From Nitrospirota bacterium (GTDB taxonomy: Bacteria; Nitrospirota; Thermodesulfovibrionia; Thermodesulfovibrionales; UBA6898): a DNA stretch of 53,611 nucleotides. The position numbers were made by a program, and so were the translations under genes. Where the stretch lies: the NCBI GenBank assembly GCA_016217695.1, contig JACRHE010000089.1, positions 1-53,611 on the forward strand, given 5' to 3'. The notes under the pieces were generated by a model that was not told the origin of the DNA, made no database searches, and worked only from the letters and a program-made list of their open reading frames with translations. Within the stretch, counting starts at the first letter, position 1, and the number at the start of each line of letters is the position of its first letter. Shown one piece after another: positions 1 to 9,521 of this stretch.

Positions 1-50
1 ACGCCCTTTTAAGGCGTGGGTCGTTGGTTCGAATCCAACGCGGCTCACCA
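1..50 (+). tRNA. tRNA-Lys(UUU), 5' part cut by window edge
   Basis: Anticodon stem acgcc/ggcgt with 7-nt loop cTTTTaa (anticodon TTT). T-arm gttgg-ttcgaat-ccaac. Acceptor 3' strand plus encoded CCA ends at 50. Confidence 0.85.
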
Positions 51-54
51 TGAT

Positions 55-132
55 GTCCCCATCGTCTAGCCCGGCCTAGGACATCGCCCTTTCAAGGCGG
101 TAACGCGGGTTCGAATCCCGCTGGGGACGCCA
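55..132 (+). tRNA. tRNA-Glu(UUC)
   Basis: Acceptor gtcccca/tggggac. Anticodon loop cTTTCaa (TTC). T-loop ggttcgaatcc. Discriminator G plus encoded CCA. Confidence 0.9.
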
Positions 133-138
133 ACAAAT

Positions 139-426
139 TCAGGGGGTTGCGGAAACGTAGCCCCTTTGTTTTTCCTCACTGTGATAAATTTGTGATAAAA
201 TCGACGCCGTCCCTGTGTTGTCTATTGCCTCGAACGCCTCTTTCAGATCATCCGGCAACAGGTGCGCATACCTCATAGTCATTCTGCTGTCCTTGTGTCC
301 CATCGCATGTTGGACGTCAACGAGATTCTTCGTCTTCCTGAGCATCAAGGTTGAGAAGTCATGCCGGAGATCATGGAAGCGGAGATCAGAAATGCCACCG
401 CGCTTGCAGGCTCGCCTAAATGACAT
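139..426 (-). pseudogene. tyrosine recombinase (phage-type integrase) C-terminal fragment
   Basis: Only the catalytic C-terminus is present (RFHDLRHDFS...GHKDSRMTMRYAHL, i.e. the HxxR, H and Y boxes). The frame is closed by a TGA about 10 codons upstream of the first Met, so the N-terminal two thirds are missing. It lies directly 3' of tRNA-Glu, a classic integration site. Confidence 0.8.
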
Positions 427-634
427 CGAAACCGCGTTTCTAGAGGTCTGCCCTTTTCATCCTGCTCTTAATTGGCCAACAGCGTAAGTATACCTCAATG
501 TTCTGCCACTGGGAAATCGGCGGGCATATAATTTCATGAGGTCTTCAGCCAAAGAAGTATTCATAAGGAACCAGAAAAAGCGTGTATATTAACCGTAGCG
601 CCGTTATATTGCAAGTTATTATTTTGAGCCATTG

Positions 635-994
635 CTATGTTTTTTCAATAATACCCATCAGGTTGCCCTGCTCAATGGTCTTTCTGAGTTCGTTCTGTAT
701 CTCAAAGTACCGGTCTGCAGGACGGAGACCCCCGATGCCCTGATGAGGCCGCTTGTGGTTGTAATACTTCATCCACTGCCTTACCCGCTCAACCGCCTCT
801 TCAAAGCTCTGAAACTGCGTCCGGCTCAGAAACTCGATGCAGATCGTCTTCCAGAACCGCTCGATCTTGTTTTCTTCAAGATACTTCCTGACTATCTGAG
901 GCTTGAAGTCAACCGAATAAAATCTCCGCCGCTCCGGATGTTGGCTTCGTGTGCCAGGGCGTTGAATCCTCTTTGCTTGTTCCATCGATGACAA
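635..994 (-). mobile_element. IS transposase (DDE/rve integrase-core) C-terminal remnant
   Basis: 119-aa ORF with the KIERFWKTI...YYNHKRPHQGIGGLRPADRY tail typical of IS481/IS3-type rve domains. No N-terminal HTH or DD part and no obvious terminal inverted repeats. Confidence 0.7.
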
Positions 995-1096
995 TCCACC
1001 GAATGAACCATTCTTCTTATACTATCCACAGTCATCACTCGGAGTTCTAATTGCAAAAATGATTTAATTTCCCACTTCCGGCAGAAATGATAAAAT

Positions 1097-2971
1097 GTGT
1101 TTATGAACGGCAAGATTACCCGAAGAGACTTTCTCAATGGTGCACTTCTTGGAGCAGGGGCTCTCCTGCTTGAGTTACCGGCTCCACTGAAACTGTTCGC
1201 GCAATCTCAAGCGGGCTATGGCTTCTCCGGAATTGGTGATTACGCCTCTTCAAATGGGAACACGTCTGCTGTTATTAATGCTTTTAAGGCTATAGAAAAT
1301 GGGGACTATAAATCTCTCAACAGGGACACCATCGATACGGGCGAAACATACGATATCGTCATAGTTGGAGGGGGACTCAGCGGCTTGGGTGCCGCTTATG
1401 AGTTTAGCAAGTCCTCTTCAAATGAGGCAAAATGCCTGATTCTCGAAAACCACCCGATCTTCGGCGGAGCTGCAAAAAGAAATGAATTCCTTGTGCAAGG
1501 AGAGCGCCTTATCGGACCTCAGGCCTCTAATGCCTTTGGCATCATTGACCGCCCAGGCATACCGGGATATGACATATACAGTGAACTGGGGATACCAACT
1601 GATTTTGAATATGGCGAGCTGCCAGCCGGGCTGAACCCGCTGGAATTTGATCCCACAAACTTCGGTTACCGGCTATGGTTTGATTCAAAAAGCATTGGTC
1701 ACTATTATCCCGGTCAGGGACATGGCGACCACGGCAAGTGGGTAGCGGGCTTCTGGTCGAACAGGCTTGATGGAACGCCGTATTCGGAGAAGGTTCGGAA
1801 AGATTTCCTTGGCTGGCGGAATACAACAGAACAACAATATGACGGTGATAACTATGACCGTTGGCTCGATTCCATGACTTATCAGTATTACCTGGAAAAA
1901 ATTCTGAAACTCGATCCGGAAATAACGCGCTATGCCGATCCAGTGCTTGCCAGTGTAGTAGGGCTCGGCTGTGACGTCATCAGCGCATATGCAGCCCGTC
2001 AGGTTTCGATGCCGGGATTCCCTGAATTCCATGGTCATCGCTCATTAAGAAACAGTCACTGGCATTCATTCCCGGGTGGCAATGACTGTTTCTCCCGCTA
2101 TTTTATTAAGGCCCTTATCCCCGATGCTATTGAAGGCAGCCGGAACTTTGCAGAAATACATAACGGGAGAGTGCGCTTTCAGTCTCTGGATCGGGACGGT
2201 AACAAGGTGCGTTTAAGGCTCGGAGCATCCGTTGTCCGTGTTGAGCAAGAAGACAGCTCTGTACATGGGAAGAACGCAAGTGTCATGTATATTCGCGAGG
2301 GAAAGCTTTTCAGAATCAAGGCCCGCAGTGTGGTTATGGCATGCGGCAGTCGCCTCTCTCGGAAAGTAGTTTCGAAGCTGCCTGCAACTTATACATCGGC
2401 CTATGACCAGTTTCATGTGTCGCCCATATTGGTCGCGAATGTGGCTCTTACCAACTGGCGGTTTCTTTATCAATTGGGTCTTACTGCCTGCAAGTGGTTT
2501 GACGGTTTTGGTTTCGGCTGTAACATCCGTAAACCAATGTATGTGGGAAATTACCGGCCACCGCTCCACCCTGACAAGCCCGCCGTACTCACTTTTTATG
2601 TTTCCTTTCACGAACCGGGGCTTAATATTGAGGAGCAGGGAGAGAAAGGAAGGAAGAGACTCCTTGGGACAAGCTATAGTGAATTCGAATCCCAGATAAT
2701 TGGGCAGATGAAGCGGCTCTTCTCGGGAGCAGGCTTTACAGCGGAAAAGGATGTCTCCGGCATCATCCTGAACCGTTGGACTTATGCGTATGTAAACCCG
2801 CAGCCTGGCTTCTATTTCGGCAGAGACGGAAAGCTCGCTCCCCGCGATGTTATCCGTAAACCATTCGGACGCATTTCCTTCGCCCATGCAGAACTCAATG
2901 GGCATCAGCACTGGGTTGCCGCTGTAGACGAAGGCAGAAGAGCGGCAAAACAGGCTACAGGAGTTCTGTAG
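1097..2971 (+). CDS. Tat-exported FAD/NAD(P)-binding amine oxidoreductase (spermidine-dehydrogenase-like)
   Basis: Twin-arginine signal TRRDFLNGALLGAGALL. Rossmann motif YDIVIVGGGLSGLGAAYE. 624-aa single long ORF. Start is GTG 1097 or ATG 1103. Confidence 0.7.
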   Translation: MFMNGKITRRDFLNGALLGAGALLLELPAPLKLFAQSQAGYGFSGIGDYASSNGNTSAVINAFKAIENGDYKSLNRDTIDTGETYDIVIVGGGLSGLGAAYEFSKSSSNEAKCLILENHPIFGGAAKRNEFLVQGERLIGPQASNAFGIIDRPGIPGYDIYSELGIPTDFEYGELPAGLNPLEFDPTNFGYRLWFDSKSIGHYYPGQGHGDHGKWVAGFWSNRLDGTPYSEKVRKDFLGWRNTTEQQYDGDNYDRWLDSMTYQYYLEKILKLDPEITRYADPVLASVVGLGCDVISAYAARQVSMPGFPEFHGHRSLRNSHWHSFPGGNDCFSRYFIKALIPDAIEGSRNFAEIHNGRVRFQSLDRDGNKVRLRLGASVVRVEQEDSSVHGKNASVMYIREGKLFRIKARSVVMACGSRLSRKVVSKLPATYTSAYDQFHVSPILVANVALTNWRFLYQLGLTACKWFDGFGFGCNIRKPMYVGNYRPPLHPDKPAVLTFYVSFHEPGLNIEEQGEKGRKRLLGTSYSEFESQIIGQMKRLFSGAGFTAEKDVSGIILNRWTYAYVNPQPGFYFGRDGKLAPRDVIRKPFGRISFAHAELNGHQHWVAAVDEGRRAAKQATGVL

Positions 2972-3086
2972 CAAGTATCCTGAGCATATAGCAAAGAATG
3001 ATCCCCAGAAACACGGCTCCCAACGCTATTATCAGTAGCATCCATGGAGATAACCCTTTTTTGCCTTGGGTCTTCTTGCTTTCCAT
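2955..3086 (-). CDS. possible 43-aa single-TM small protein
   Basis: ATG preceded by AAGGAG 7 nt upstream. Product is MESKKTQGKKGLSPWMLLIIALGAVFLGIILCYMLRILATELL, a basic N-terminus followed by one hydrophobic helix. It converges on and overlaps the 3' end of the flavoprotein gene by 17 nt. It is too short for the ORF track. Confidence 0.25.
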   Translation of the reverse strand: MESKKTQGKKGLSPWMLLIIALGAVFLGIILCYMLRILATELL

Positions 3087-3181
3087 CGCTACTCCTTCTG
3101 TTTATAATAACATTAAGTAGTTACGTCTTGATGAGAAGAGTTAATGAAGAAAATATTTTGCAGAAACAGTTAAAATAAAAA

Positions 3182-3607
3182 ATGTACAGCACGAGAACGA
3201 TAGAGAAATGCCGGCTTTTTTTCATCCTCTATTTTATTGTCATCGCTATTGTCCCGTATTCGCATAATCACACCGACAGCGAACCCTATCGAGACTGTTC
3301 TGCCCGCCCCGCTTGTTCTTATGAGTGTGGCGTTTTTGGCGTTCCAGATATAGGTAGTGACCGTTATTCAGATAGCCATACTTCTTATGATGATCGCCAT
3401 CTCCATTTTCTTGCGCAAGATTCAAACCCCGCACTGAGGCCAACAGCTATTAATGAAACTGCTCAAATGAAAGATGTCGTACTCTCTGAAAAGGTAATTG
3501 TTCAATTATCGGAGCAGTCAATCATCGCCATGATTCAGGACCGTAACCGATCTTATTCTGAGGTCTTCCACCCGCCATATTCTGGCCTTTCGCCTCCTTC
3601 CTGTTGA
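3182..3607 (+). CDS. hypothetical protein with N-terminal TM segment, His/Cys-containing
   Basis: 141-aa ORF with hydrophobic N-terminus LFFILYFIVIAIV. No recognisable domain and no SD. A TAAAAT box lies 5 nt upstream of the ATG. Confidence 0.3.
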   Translation: MYSTRTIEKCRLFFILYFIVIAIVPYSHNHTDSEPYRDCSARPACSYECGVFGVPDIGSDRYSDSHTSYDDRHLHFLAQDSNPALRPTAINETAQMKDVVLSEKVIVQLSEQSIIAMIQDRNRSYSEVFHPPYSGLSPPSC

Positions 3608-3669
3608 AGCGCACACCAGAGCCTTTTTCCCTTTAATTAAATTCGAACCCTTATTGATCAGGGAGGACT

Positions 3670-4587
3670 ATGCTACACAAAATATTCTTAGCGGCTTTTT
3701 GCATCATACTGATTTCCTCGAAGTGTTTCGCGGTGGAACCGTCGGAGAAGCTGATCTTCGAAAAAAACTCTCTCTACCAGTATATTCAGGTAATAGAGGA
3801 CACGGTAAAAAAGGAACGTTACGTGCGAAATCAAAAAAAAGAATATACCCAGGGAGGCATTTACGTAAATGCGCCGGACAAACTGCTCTTTGAGTTTACC
3901 CAGATGGGTTTTATTTCTCTGGCATTTCTGGACAGAGATCCAAAAGACGTGCTCTTTGTCGGTCTGGGAGCAGGCGCCATGCCCAAGTATTTTACCGGGC
4001 GCTATCCTGATACCGTTATCGACATTGCAGAGATAGACCCGGATATGCTGTCTGTTGCACAGAAGTATTTCTATTTTAAAGAGAACGAAAGAATGAAAGT
4101 GCATGTCGCTGACGGCAGGCTCTTCGTCAAGAGGACAAAAAAGAAATATGACTGGATCATTCTTGATGCGTACCAAAATGACTCAATACCATTTCATCTC
4201 ACAACGTTTGAGTTCCTCAAAGAGGTGAAAAGCAGACTAAAAGACGGAGGCGTAGTTGTCGCCAATATCACCTCACCGTACAGGAACAAGTTTTTTGATT
4301 CTATGGTCATGACCTACAAGAAGGCATTCCCCCATGTCGCCATTTTCAAGGGGAAAAAGTCCGCCAATTTTATTTTTATGGCAACAACAAGTAAGAATAG
4401 GGACAAGGATAGTGTAGAGGTGAGAGCTCGCAAGATTCAGTCCTCCAGAAAGTTCGATATCGACCTTGAGGATATTGCCTCAAGATACGAACCCTCTGAA
4501 GCATATGAATGGGGAGGGGCCAAGGTCCTCACCGATGATTTCGCCCCGGTGAATCTCTACCAATATCAGAAGTCAGGAGCACAATGA
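3670..4587 (+). CDS. spermidine-synthase-like (PABS fold) protein with N-terminal signal/anchor
   Basis: Motifs SLYQYIQVIED, VLFVGLGAGAM (GxGxG), IDIAEIDPD and WIILDAY. RBS GGGAGG. 305 aa. Confidence 0.75.
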   Translation: MLHKIFLAAFCIILISSKCFAVEPSEKLIFEKNSLYQYIQVIEDTVKKERYVRNQKKEYTQGGIYVNAPDKLLFEFTQMGFISLAFLDRDPKDVLFVGLGAGAMPKYFTGRYPDTVIDIAEIDPDMLSVAQKYFYFKENERMKVHVADGRLFVKRTKKKYDWIILDAYQNDSIPFHLTTFEFLKEVKSRLKDGGVVVANITSPYRNKFFDSMVMTYKKAFPHVAIFKGKKSANFIFMATTSKNRDKDSVEVRARKIQSSRKFDIDLEDIASRYEPSEAYEWGGAKVLTDDFAPVNLYQYQKSGAQ

Positions 4588-4599
4588 GGAGGCATATAT

Positions 4600-5223
4600 A
4601 TGATTAAGTTCGTAGTCTTCATTTGCGGCGCTATTGTCATGTCATTTGAAATTCTGGGCAGCCGGGTGCTTGCCCCGAACTTCGGCAGTTCTGTATTTGT
4701 CTGGGGAAGCCTGATAAGCGTCTTTCTCGCAGGGCTTTCTGCTGGCTATTATTTGGGCGGAAGGCTCGCCGATGTCAATCCGTCTTCCAGAAAGCTGAGC
4801 CTTATCATAATCGCTCCAGGTCTGCTCTTCCTGACGTTCCCGCTATATAGCGCTCCTGTATCAGACTGGATATTCGTGAAAGACATAGGCGTAAGAATGA
4901 GCCCCCTCATAGCCTCGTCAGTTCTCTTTCTGATCCCCTCGGTTTTCCTGGGAATTGTGAGCCCCTATACGACAAAACTGATGATCTGCAGTCTGCATAC
5001 GTCTGGCAAGACCATAGGAACGCTTTATGCTCTATCGACGTTCGGAAGCATTATAGGGACCCTGATCACATCTTTTTATCTCATAACCCTGGCAGGCGTC
5101 AATGCTCTCATCATGGGTCAGGGTGTTCTGCTCATAGTCTTGGCGGTTCCGCTTTATTTCATGAATTTGAGCTGCAGTATAGAGCAGACCGGCCCGGCAG
5201 GAGTGAGGAGTGATAATAAGTGA
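4600..5223 (+). CDS. polytopic membrane protein, homologous to the membrane module of fused membrane/spermidine-synthase proteins
   Basis: 207 aa with about 6 hydrophobic helices. The N-terminus FEILGSRVLAPNFGSSVFVWGSLISVFLAGLSAGYYLGGRLAD matches that module. RBS GAGGAGG. Confidence 0.65.
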   Translation: MIKFVVFICGAIVMSFEILGSRVLAPNFGSSVFVWGSLISVFLAGLSAGYYLGGRLADVNPSSRKLSLIIIAPGLLFLTFPLYSAPVSDWIFVKDIGVRMSPLIASSVLFLIPSVFLGIVSPYTTKLMICSLHTSGKTIGTLYALSTFGSIIGTLITSFYLITLAGVNALIMGQGVLLIVLAVPLYFMNLSCSIEQTGPAGVRSDNK

Positions 5224-6212
5224 AATTAAGTCACGATCATTCCCATGATGCACATGGCCATGTCCACGGTGTTGTCGATCCGACTATTTTCACGACAGAG
5301 CGGGGCATATGGGCCGTAAAATGGTCATTCCTAGGCTTAACTGTTACTGCCATCTTTCAAGTTGTGATAGTTCTGATTACGGGAAGTGTCGCACTCCTCG
5401 CCGATACGATTCACAATATCGGGGATGCGGCAACTGCCATACCCTTGTGGTTTGCCTTTACGCTTGCCAGAAAAAAACCTTCACATCGGTTCACTTACGG
5501 TTATGGCCGTGTTGAAGACCTCGCAGGCGTTGCTATTGTGCTCACCATTTTATTCAGTGCTGTCGTGGCAGGCTATCAGTCCATTGACCGGCTTCTGCAT
5601 CCACAGAAAGTGGAATATCTCTGGATGGTCATCATCGCGTCCATAATCGGCTTCCTTGGCAATGAAGCTGTTGCCATTTTTCGCGTCAAAGTAGGCAAGG
5701 AGATCGGCAGCGCCGCACTGATCGCAGACGGCCAGCATGCCCGCGTTGACGGATTGACCAGTCTTGCGGTGCTCTTCGGTGCCATCGGGGTTTGGTTGGG
5801 ATATCCGTTGGCAGACCCTATCATCGGACTTATAATCACCATAACAATCCTTCGCATCGTGTGGGAATCCGGTAAGGCTGTATTTACCCGTCTCCTCGAT
5901 GGGGTTGATCCGGAGGTGGTTGATGAAATCAGACACGCCATGCACCATGTGCCCGGTGTGCAGGATATTACCGAAATCAGGGTCAGATGGATAGGTCATA
6001 GACTCCACGCTGAAGTGAATATAGCCGTAGCCAGCGAGTTTACGGTTGAACAGGGCCATGAAATTGCCATGGAGGTGCGCCATCAGCTCCTGCATCACCT
6101 GCGCTATCTGTCCAATGTTACGCTTCACGTTGACGCATTAGATGCTTCAGGCGAACATCACCATAATATCCCTGAGCATGTCCACGGAGATTCATCTTCC
6201 CATTCGCATTAA
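5220..6212 (+). CDS. cation diffusion facilitator (CDF) family metal efflux transporter
   Basis: Six TM helices plus a cytoplasmic C-domain. Motifs LLADTIHNIGDA and HARVD (HxxxD). His-rich N- and C-termini. The GTG start overlaps the upstream stop (GTGA). Confidence 0.9.
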   Translation: MKLSHDHSHDAHGHVHGVVDPTIFTTERGIWAVKWSFLGLTVTAIFQVVIVLITGSVALLADTIHNIGDAATAIPLWFAFTLARKKPSHRFTYGYGRVEDLAGVAIVLTILFSAVVAGYQSIDRLLHPQKVEYLWMVIIASIIGFLGNEAVAIFRVKVGKEIGSAALIADGQHARVDGLTSLAVLFGAIGVWLGYPLADPIIGLIITITILRIVWESGKAVFTRLLDGVDPEVVDEIRHAMHHVPGVQDITEIRVRWIGHRLHAEVNIAVASEFTVEQGHEIAMEVRHQLLHHLRYLSNVTLHVDALDASGEHHHNIPEHVHGDSSSHSH

Positions 6213-6441
6213 ACAAGAAATACAGCTTTGATAATTGATTTTGAGAATGTTCTCTTAATAGTCGTTAGGTATTCTCTGCTACTCAGAAAAAGGTGACCCG
6301 CTCGCGCATAAGGGCAAATTGTCGCTAACCGAACCCTGCCCAAATCCTGACCGATTTTACATAAAACACAGAGGGGAATGGAACACACAGGAACTACAGA
6401 CTTTATCTGCGCCTGGGCTCGCTTAAAGCGGTCTGCTCCGG

Positions 6442-6447
6442 TATAAT
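6442..6447 (+). promoter_or_regulatory. candidate -10 box (TATAAT) 6 nt upstream of ATG 6454, implying a leaderless mRNA
   Basis: Perfect TATAAT. No SD between it and the ATG. The -35 region is poor. Confidence 0.35.
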
Positions 6448-6453
6448 ATTTAC

Positions 6454-6720
6454 ATGAGATGGCTGCTGATCATGGTTTTACTCCCTTCTTTTGCCTTTGC
6501 GAGTGAAAACTGCGTTACCCAGTTCGGGGGAAAATGCAGGGATGCATGTGCTCCCAACGAATATGAGGCAGAGGGCGCTTTTATTGACTGCGCCGAAAAG
6601 GAGCAGTGCTGCGTCGAAAAGGAGGCTTCGAAGACTTCCTCCCCTGCTTCGGCTCCTGAGCCAAAGAGCGGTCCGGCCTCATCACCTTCTGAGATAAAAA
6701 CCGGGCCCGAAGCAAAGTAG
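6454..6720 (+). CDS. secreted small cysteine-rich protein (6 Cys) with Pro/Ser/Ala-rich tail
   Basis: Signal peptide MRWLLIMVLLPSFAFA|SE. Mature part has C-x7-C-x3-C-x13-C-x5-CC followed by a low-complexity tail. Confidence 0.6.
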   Translation: MRWLLIMVLLPSFAFASENCVTQFGGKCRDACAPNEYEAEGAFIDCAEKEQCCVEKEASKTSSPASAPEPKSGPASSPSEIKTGPEAK

Positions 6721-6913
6721 CTTCCTTTTCTGGACATTACGAAAAGATGACAAACAGACCGTAGTTTCGTTAAAATATCTGCGCGAATATCAAGGCTTGC
6801 GAAGCAACCCCTTTTGATTTTCCAGGCTGTGCCCCTCTTCATTATGGCTTCTTAGACAGAGGCGTGCCTTTTTCATCAGCCAGATAAACAGAAACTATTT
6901 CAAGGAGAAGATT

Positions 6914-8014
6914 ATGGCTTTAAGTATCGGTATTGTCGGTCTCCCCAATGTCGGGAAGTCGACGCTTTTTAATGCTCTCACAAAAGATCAGAACGCCGTT
7001 GCTGCGAATTATCCTTTCTGCACGATAGAGCCCAACAAGGCGATTGTTGCGGTTCCCGACAGGCGCCTGGAGCAGCTGTCGGACATTGTCAATCCTCAGA
7101 GAATCCAGCACGCTATTGTCGAGTTTACGGATATCGCAGGCCTCGTAAAGGGCGCCTCAAAGGGAGAGGGGCTCGGCAACCAGTTTCTTTCGCATATAAG
7201 GGAGACTTCGGCGATCGTGCATGTTGTCCGATGTTTTGAAGACGATGCCGTAGTGCACGTCGAGGGCAGTGTCGACCCCCTGCGGGACATGGACGTCATC
7301 AACACAGAGCTGATCCTGGCAGATATTCAGACTCTCGAAAACAGGATCCTGAGGCTTGACAAACAGGCCAAAGGAGACCGGAGGGTCCAGCCGCTGCTCG
7401 ATACGGCAGGGAGATTGCTCGACCACCTCAATACTGGAGCGCCGGCAAATCTCTTTGAGGGCCGCGAATCAGAAGCCTTCACGGAACTGACGAAAGAGAC
7501 CAGGCTCATCTCCCTGAAACCCGTAATCTACGCGGCCAATGTCGACGAGAAAGGACTCGGAAAAGATAATGAGCATGTCAGTGCGGTCCGGAAGTTTGCA
7601 AAGGACAACAACGCCGAGGCGGTCAAGATCTGCGCAAAGATAGAAGAAGAGATGGCCGGGCTGAGTGATGAAGAGCGCCATGAATTTCTGGATTCACTGG
7701 GGCAGTCCGAAAGCGGACTCGACCTGATAATCAGGCATGGATATCATGCGCTGGGGCTCATAAGTTATTTTACAGCCGGGGTTAAAGAGGTCCGAGCCTG
7801 GACCATTGAATGCGGATGGAAGGCTCCGAAGGCCGCTGCCGTCATTCATGACGATTTTGAGCGCGGCTTCATAAGGGCCGAGGTCATGGCCTTTGACGAC
7901 TTTATTGAAGCCAGGGGAGAGGCAGGCGCCCGCTCTGCCGGAAAACTTCGCACGGAAGGCAGGGAATATGTCGTGAGCAATGGCGACGTAATGCATTTTT
8001 TGTTTAATGTGTAG
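6914..8014 (+). CDS. ychF: redox-regulated ribosome-binding ATPase YchF
   Basis: [19 protein letters not shown]-loop, full-length 366 aa, C-terminal [19 protein letters not shown]. Confidence 0.95.
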   Translation: MALSIGIVGLPNVGKSTLFNALTKDQNAVAANYPFCTIEPNKAIVAVPDRRLEQLSDIVNPQRIQHAIVEFTDIAGLVKGASKGEGLGNQFLSHIRETSAIVHVVRCFEDDAVVHVEGSVDPLRDMDVINTELILADIQTLENRILRLDKQAKGDRRVQPLLDTAGRLLDHLNTGAPANLFEGRESEAFTELTKETRLISLKPVIYAANVDEKGLGKDNEHVSAVRKFAKDNNAEAVKICAKIEEEMAGLSDEERHEFLDSLGQSESGLDLIIRHGYHALGLISYFTAGVKEVRAWTIECGWKAPKAAAVIHDDFERGFIRAEVMAFDDFIEARGEAGARSAGKLRTEGREYVVSNGDVMHFLFNV

Positions 8015-8159
8015 CCGGTATTGATGGTGTTGTAAAGGCTCTTTCCTTCAAATCCTTAATAACACATCTCTGAAACCGGCAGTTTTGTATTGATCAGCGG
8101 CGGATTATTATGATATTCTTCCCTTCTAAGCTACTAATACCGGCCCTGCCGGTCAACAA

Positions 8160-9521
8160 GTGAGGATGGTTTCAATGTCATATCAAGCCTGGTTTCAGTG
8201 CATCAACGAGCAGTGCAAGGAGCGTTACCCGCTCAATACGGTCGTCTACCGCTGCAGGACCTGCGACTCGCTGCTGGAGGTGCAGCACGACATGCATGCC
8301 CTTGCCCGCCGCGATGCCAAGGCGTGGATGAAGCTCTTCGAGGACCGCTACAAGTCCACCCAATGGCCTTTCGGCTCAGGCGTGTGGGGCAAAAAAGAAT
8401 GGATACTTCCCCAGGTCGACAACGATAACATAGTTTCGCTCTACGAGGGAGGCACCAACCTTTTCTGGGCAGAGAGGTTCGGCAAGATGCTCGGGCTGGA
8501 GAACCTCTGGATCAAGCTCTGCGGCAACTCTCACAGCGGCTCGTTCAAGGATCTCGGCATGACAGTTCTCGTATCTCAGGTCAAGCAGATGATCAGCGAG
8601 GGAGCGCCTATAAAGGCGGTAGCCTGCGCGTCCACCGGCGACACCTCAGCGGCCCTGGCTGTTTACTGCGCCGCTGCAGGCATCCAGTCCATAGTCCTGC
8701 TGCCCAAGGGCAAGATCTCTATAGCACAACTCGTCCAGCCGATCGCCAACGGAGCCCTTGTGCTGTCGCTCGACACGGACTTCGACGGCTGCATGCGGGT
8801 GGTTCAGGAGATAACAAAGGACGAGACGATCTATCTTGCAAATTCCATGAACTCCCTTCGCATAGAGGGACAAAAGACGGTCGGGATCGAGATAGCCCAG
8901 CAGTTCGACTGGGAGATCCCTGACGTGATCATCATCCCCGGTGGTAATCTCGGCAATGTCTCGGCCCTCGGCAGCGGACTGCTCATGATGCGGGACCTCG
9001 GCCTTATCCAGAGGCTGCCGCGCATCGTGGTAGCACAGGCCGAGCGGGCCAATCCGCTTTACCGCTCGTACCTCAAGAACTTTGAGAGCTTCGAGCCGGT
9101 GCAGGCGCAAAAAACCCTGGCCAGCGCCATTCAGATCGGAAACCCGGTCAGTGTCCAGAAGGCAATCAGGACACTGAAGCAGTTCAACGGCATTGTCGTG
9201 GACGCAACAGAGCAGGAACTGGCAGACGCTGCTGCGCTCGGAGATACCACAGGCATGTTCAACTGCCCGCATACAGGGGTTGCCCTTGCAGGCATGATCA
9301 AGCTGCTCAGGGCAGGCAAGATAGACAAGTCTGAGCACGTCGTGGTCATATCAACGGCCCACGGCCTTAAATTCACAGACTTTAAGGTGGCCTATCACGA
9401 GGGAACACTCGACTTCCCCTGTCACTATGCAAATAAACCAATAGAGCTGCCGCCTACCGTGAACGCTGTAAGAGAAGCTCTAAATCACGCGCTGCAGAAG
9501 AGGAGAGAACAGAATGTCTAA
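8160..9521 (+). CDS. thrC: threonine synthase (with N-terminal Zn-ribbon)
   Basis: CINEQC...CRTC zinc ribbon. PLP-lysine context HSGSFKDLG. Overall ThrC-like. The probable true start is ATG 8175. Confidence 0.9.
   Translation: MRMVSMSYQAWFQCINEQCKERYPLNTVVYRCRTCDSLLEVQHDMHALARRDAKAWMKLFEDRYKSTQWPFGSGVWGKKEWILPQVDNDNIVSLYEGGTNLFWAERFGKMLGLENLWIKLCGNSHSGSFKDLGMTVLVSQVKQMISEGAPIKAVACASTGDTSAALAVYCAAAGIQSIVLLPKGKISIAQLVQPIANGALVLSLDTDFDGCMRVVQEITKDETIYLANSMNSLRIEGQKTVGIEIAQQFDWEIPDVIIIPGGNLGNVSALGSGLLMMRDLGLIQRLPRIVVAQAERANPLYRSYLKNFESFEPVQAQKTLASAIQIGNPVSVQKAIRTLKQFNGIVVDATEQELADAAALGDTTGMFNCPHTGVALAGMIKLLRAGKIDKSEHVVVISTAHGLKFTDFKVAYHEGTLDFPCHYANKPIELPPTVNAVREALNHALQKRREQNV

Noticed and set aside
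2213-2974. 253-aa ORF antisense to the Tat flavoprotein gene. Similar long antisense ORFs occur at 8646..9338, 46485..47153, 46997..47716, 50281..51087 and 51877..52725.
   Set aside because: Each lies entirely inside, and opposite to, a well-supported conserved gene (thrC, carB, carA, pyrC and others). Their compositions are Ser/Arg/Pro/Leu-rich, as expected from mirror frames. None has an RBS or a recognisable domain.
132-6500. Direct repeat of the tRNA-Glu 3' end that would delimit an integrated island (attR).
   Set aside because: I found no second copy of TTCGAATCCCGCTGGGGACGCCA or a long sub-string of it by eye. The island boundary is therefore left undefined rather than asserted.
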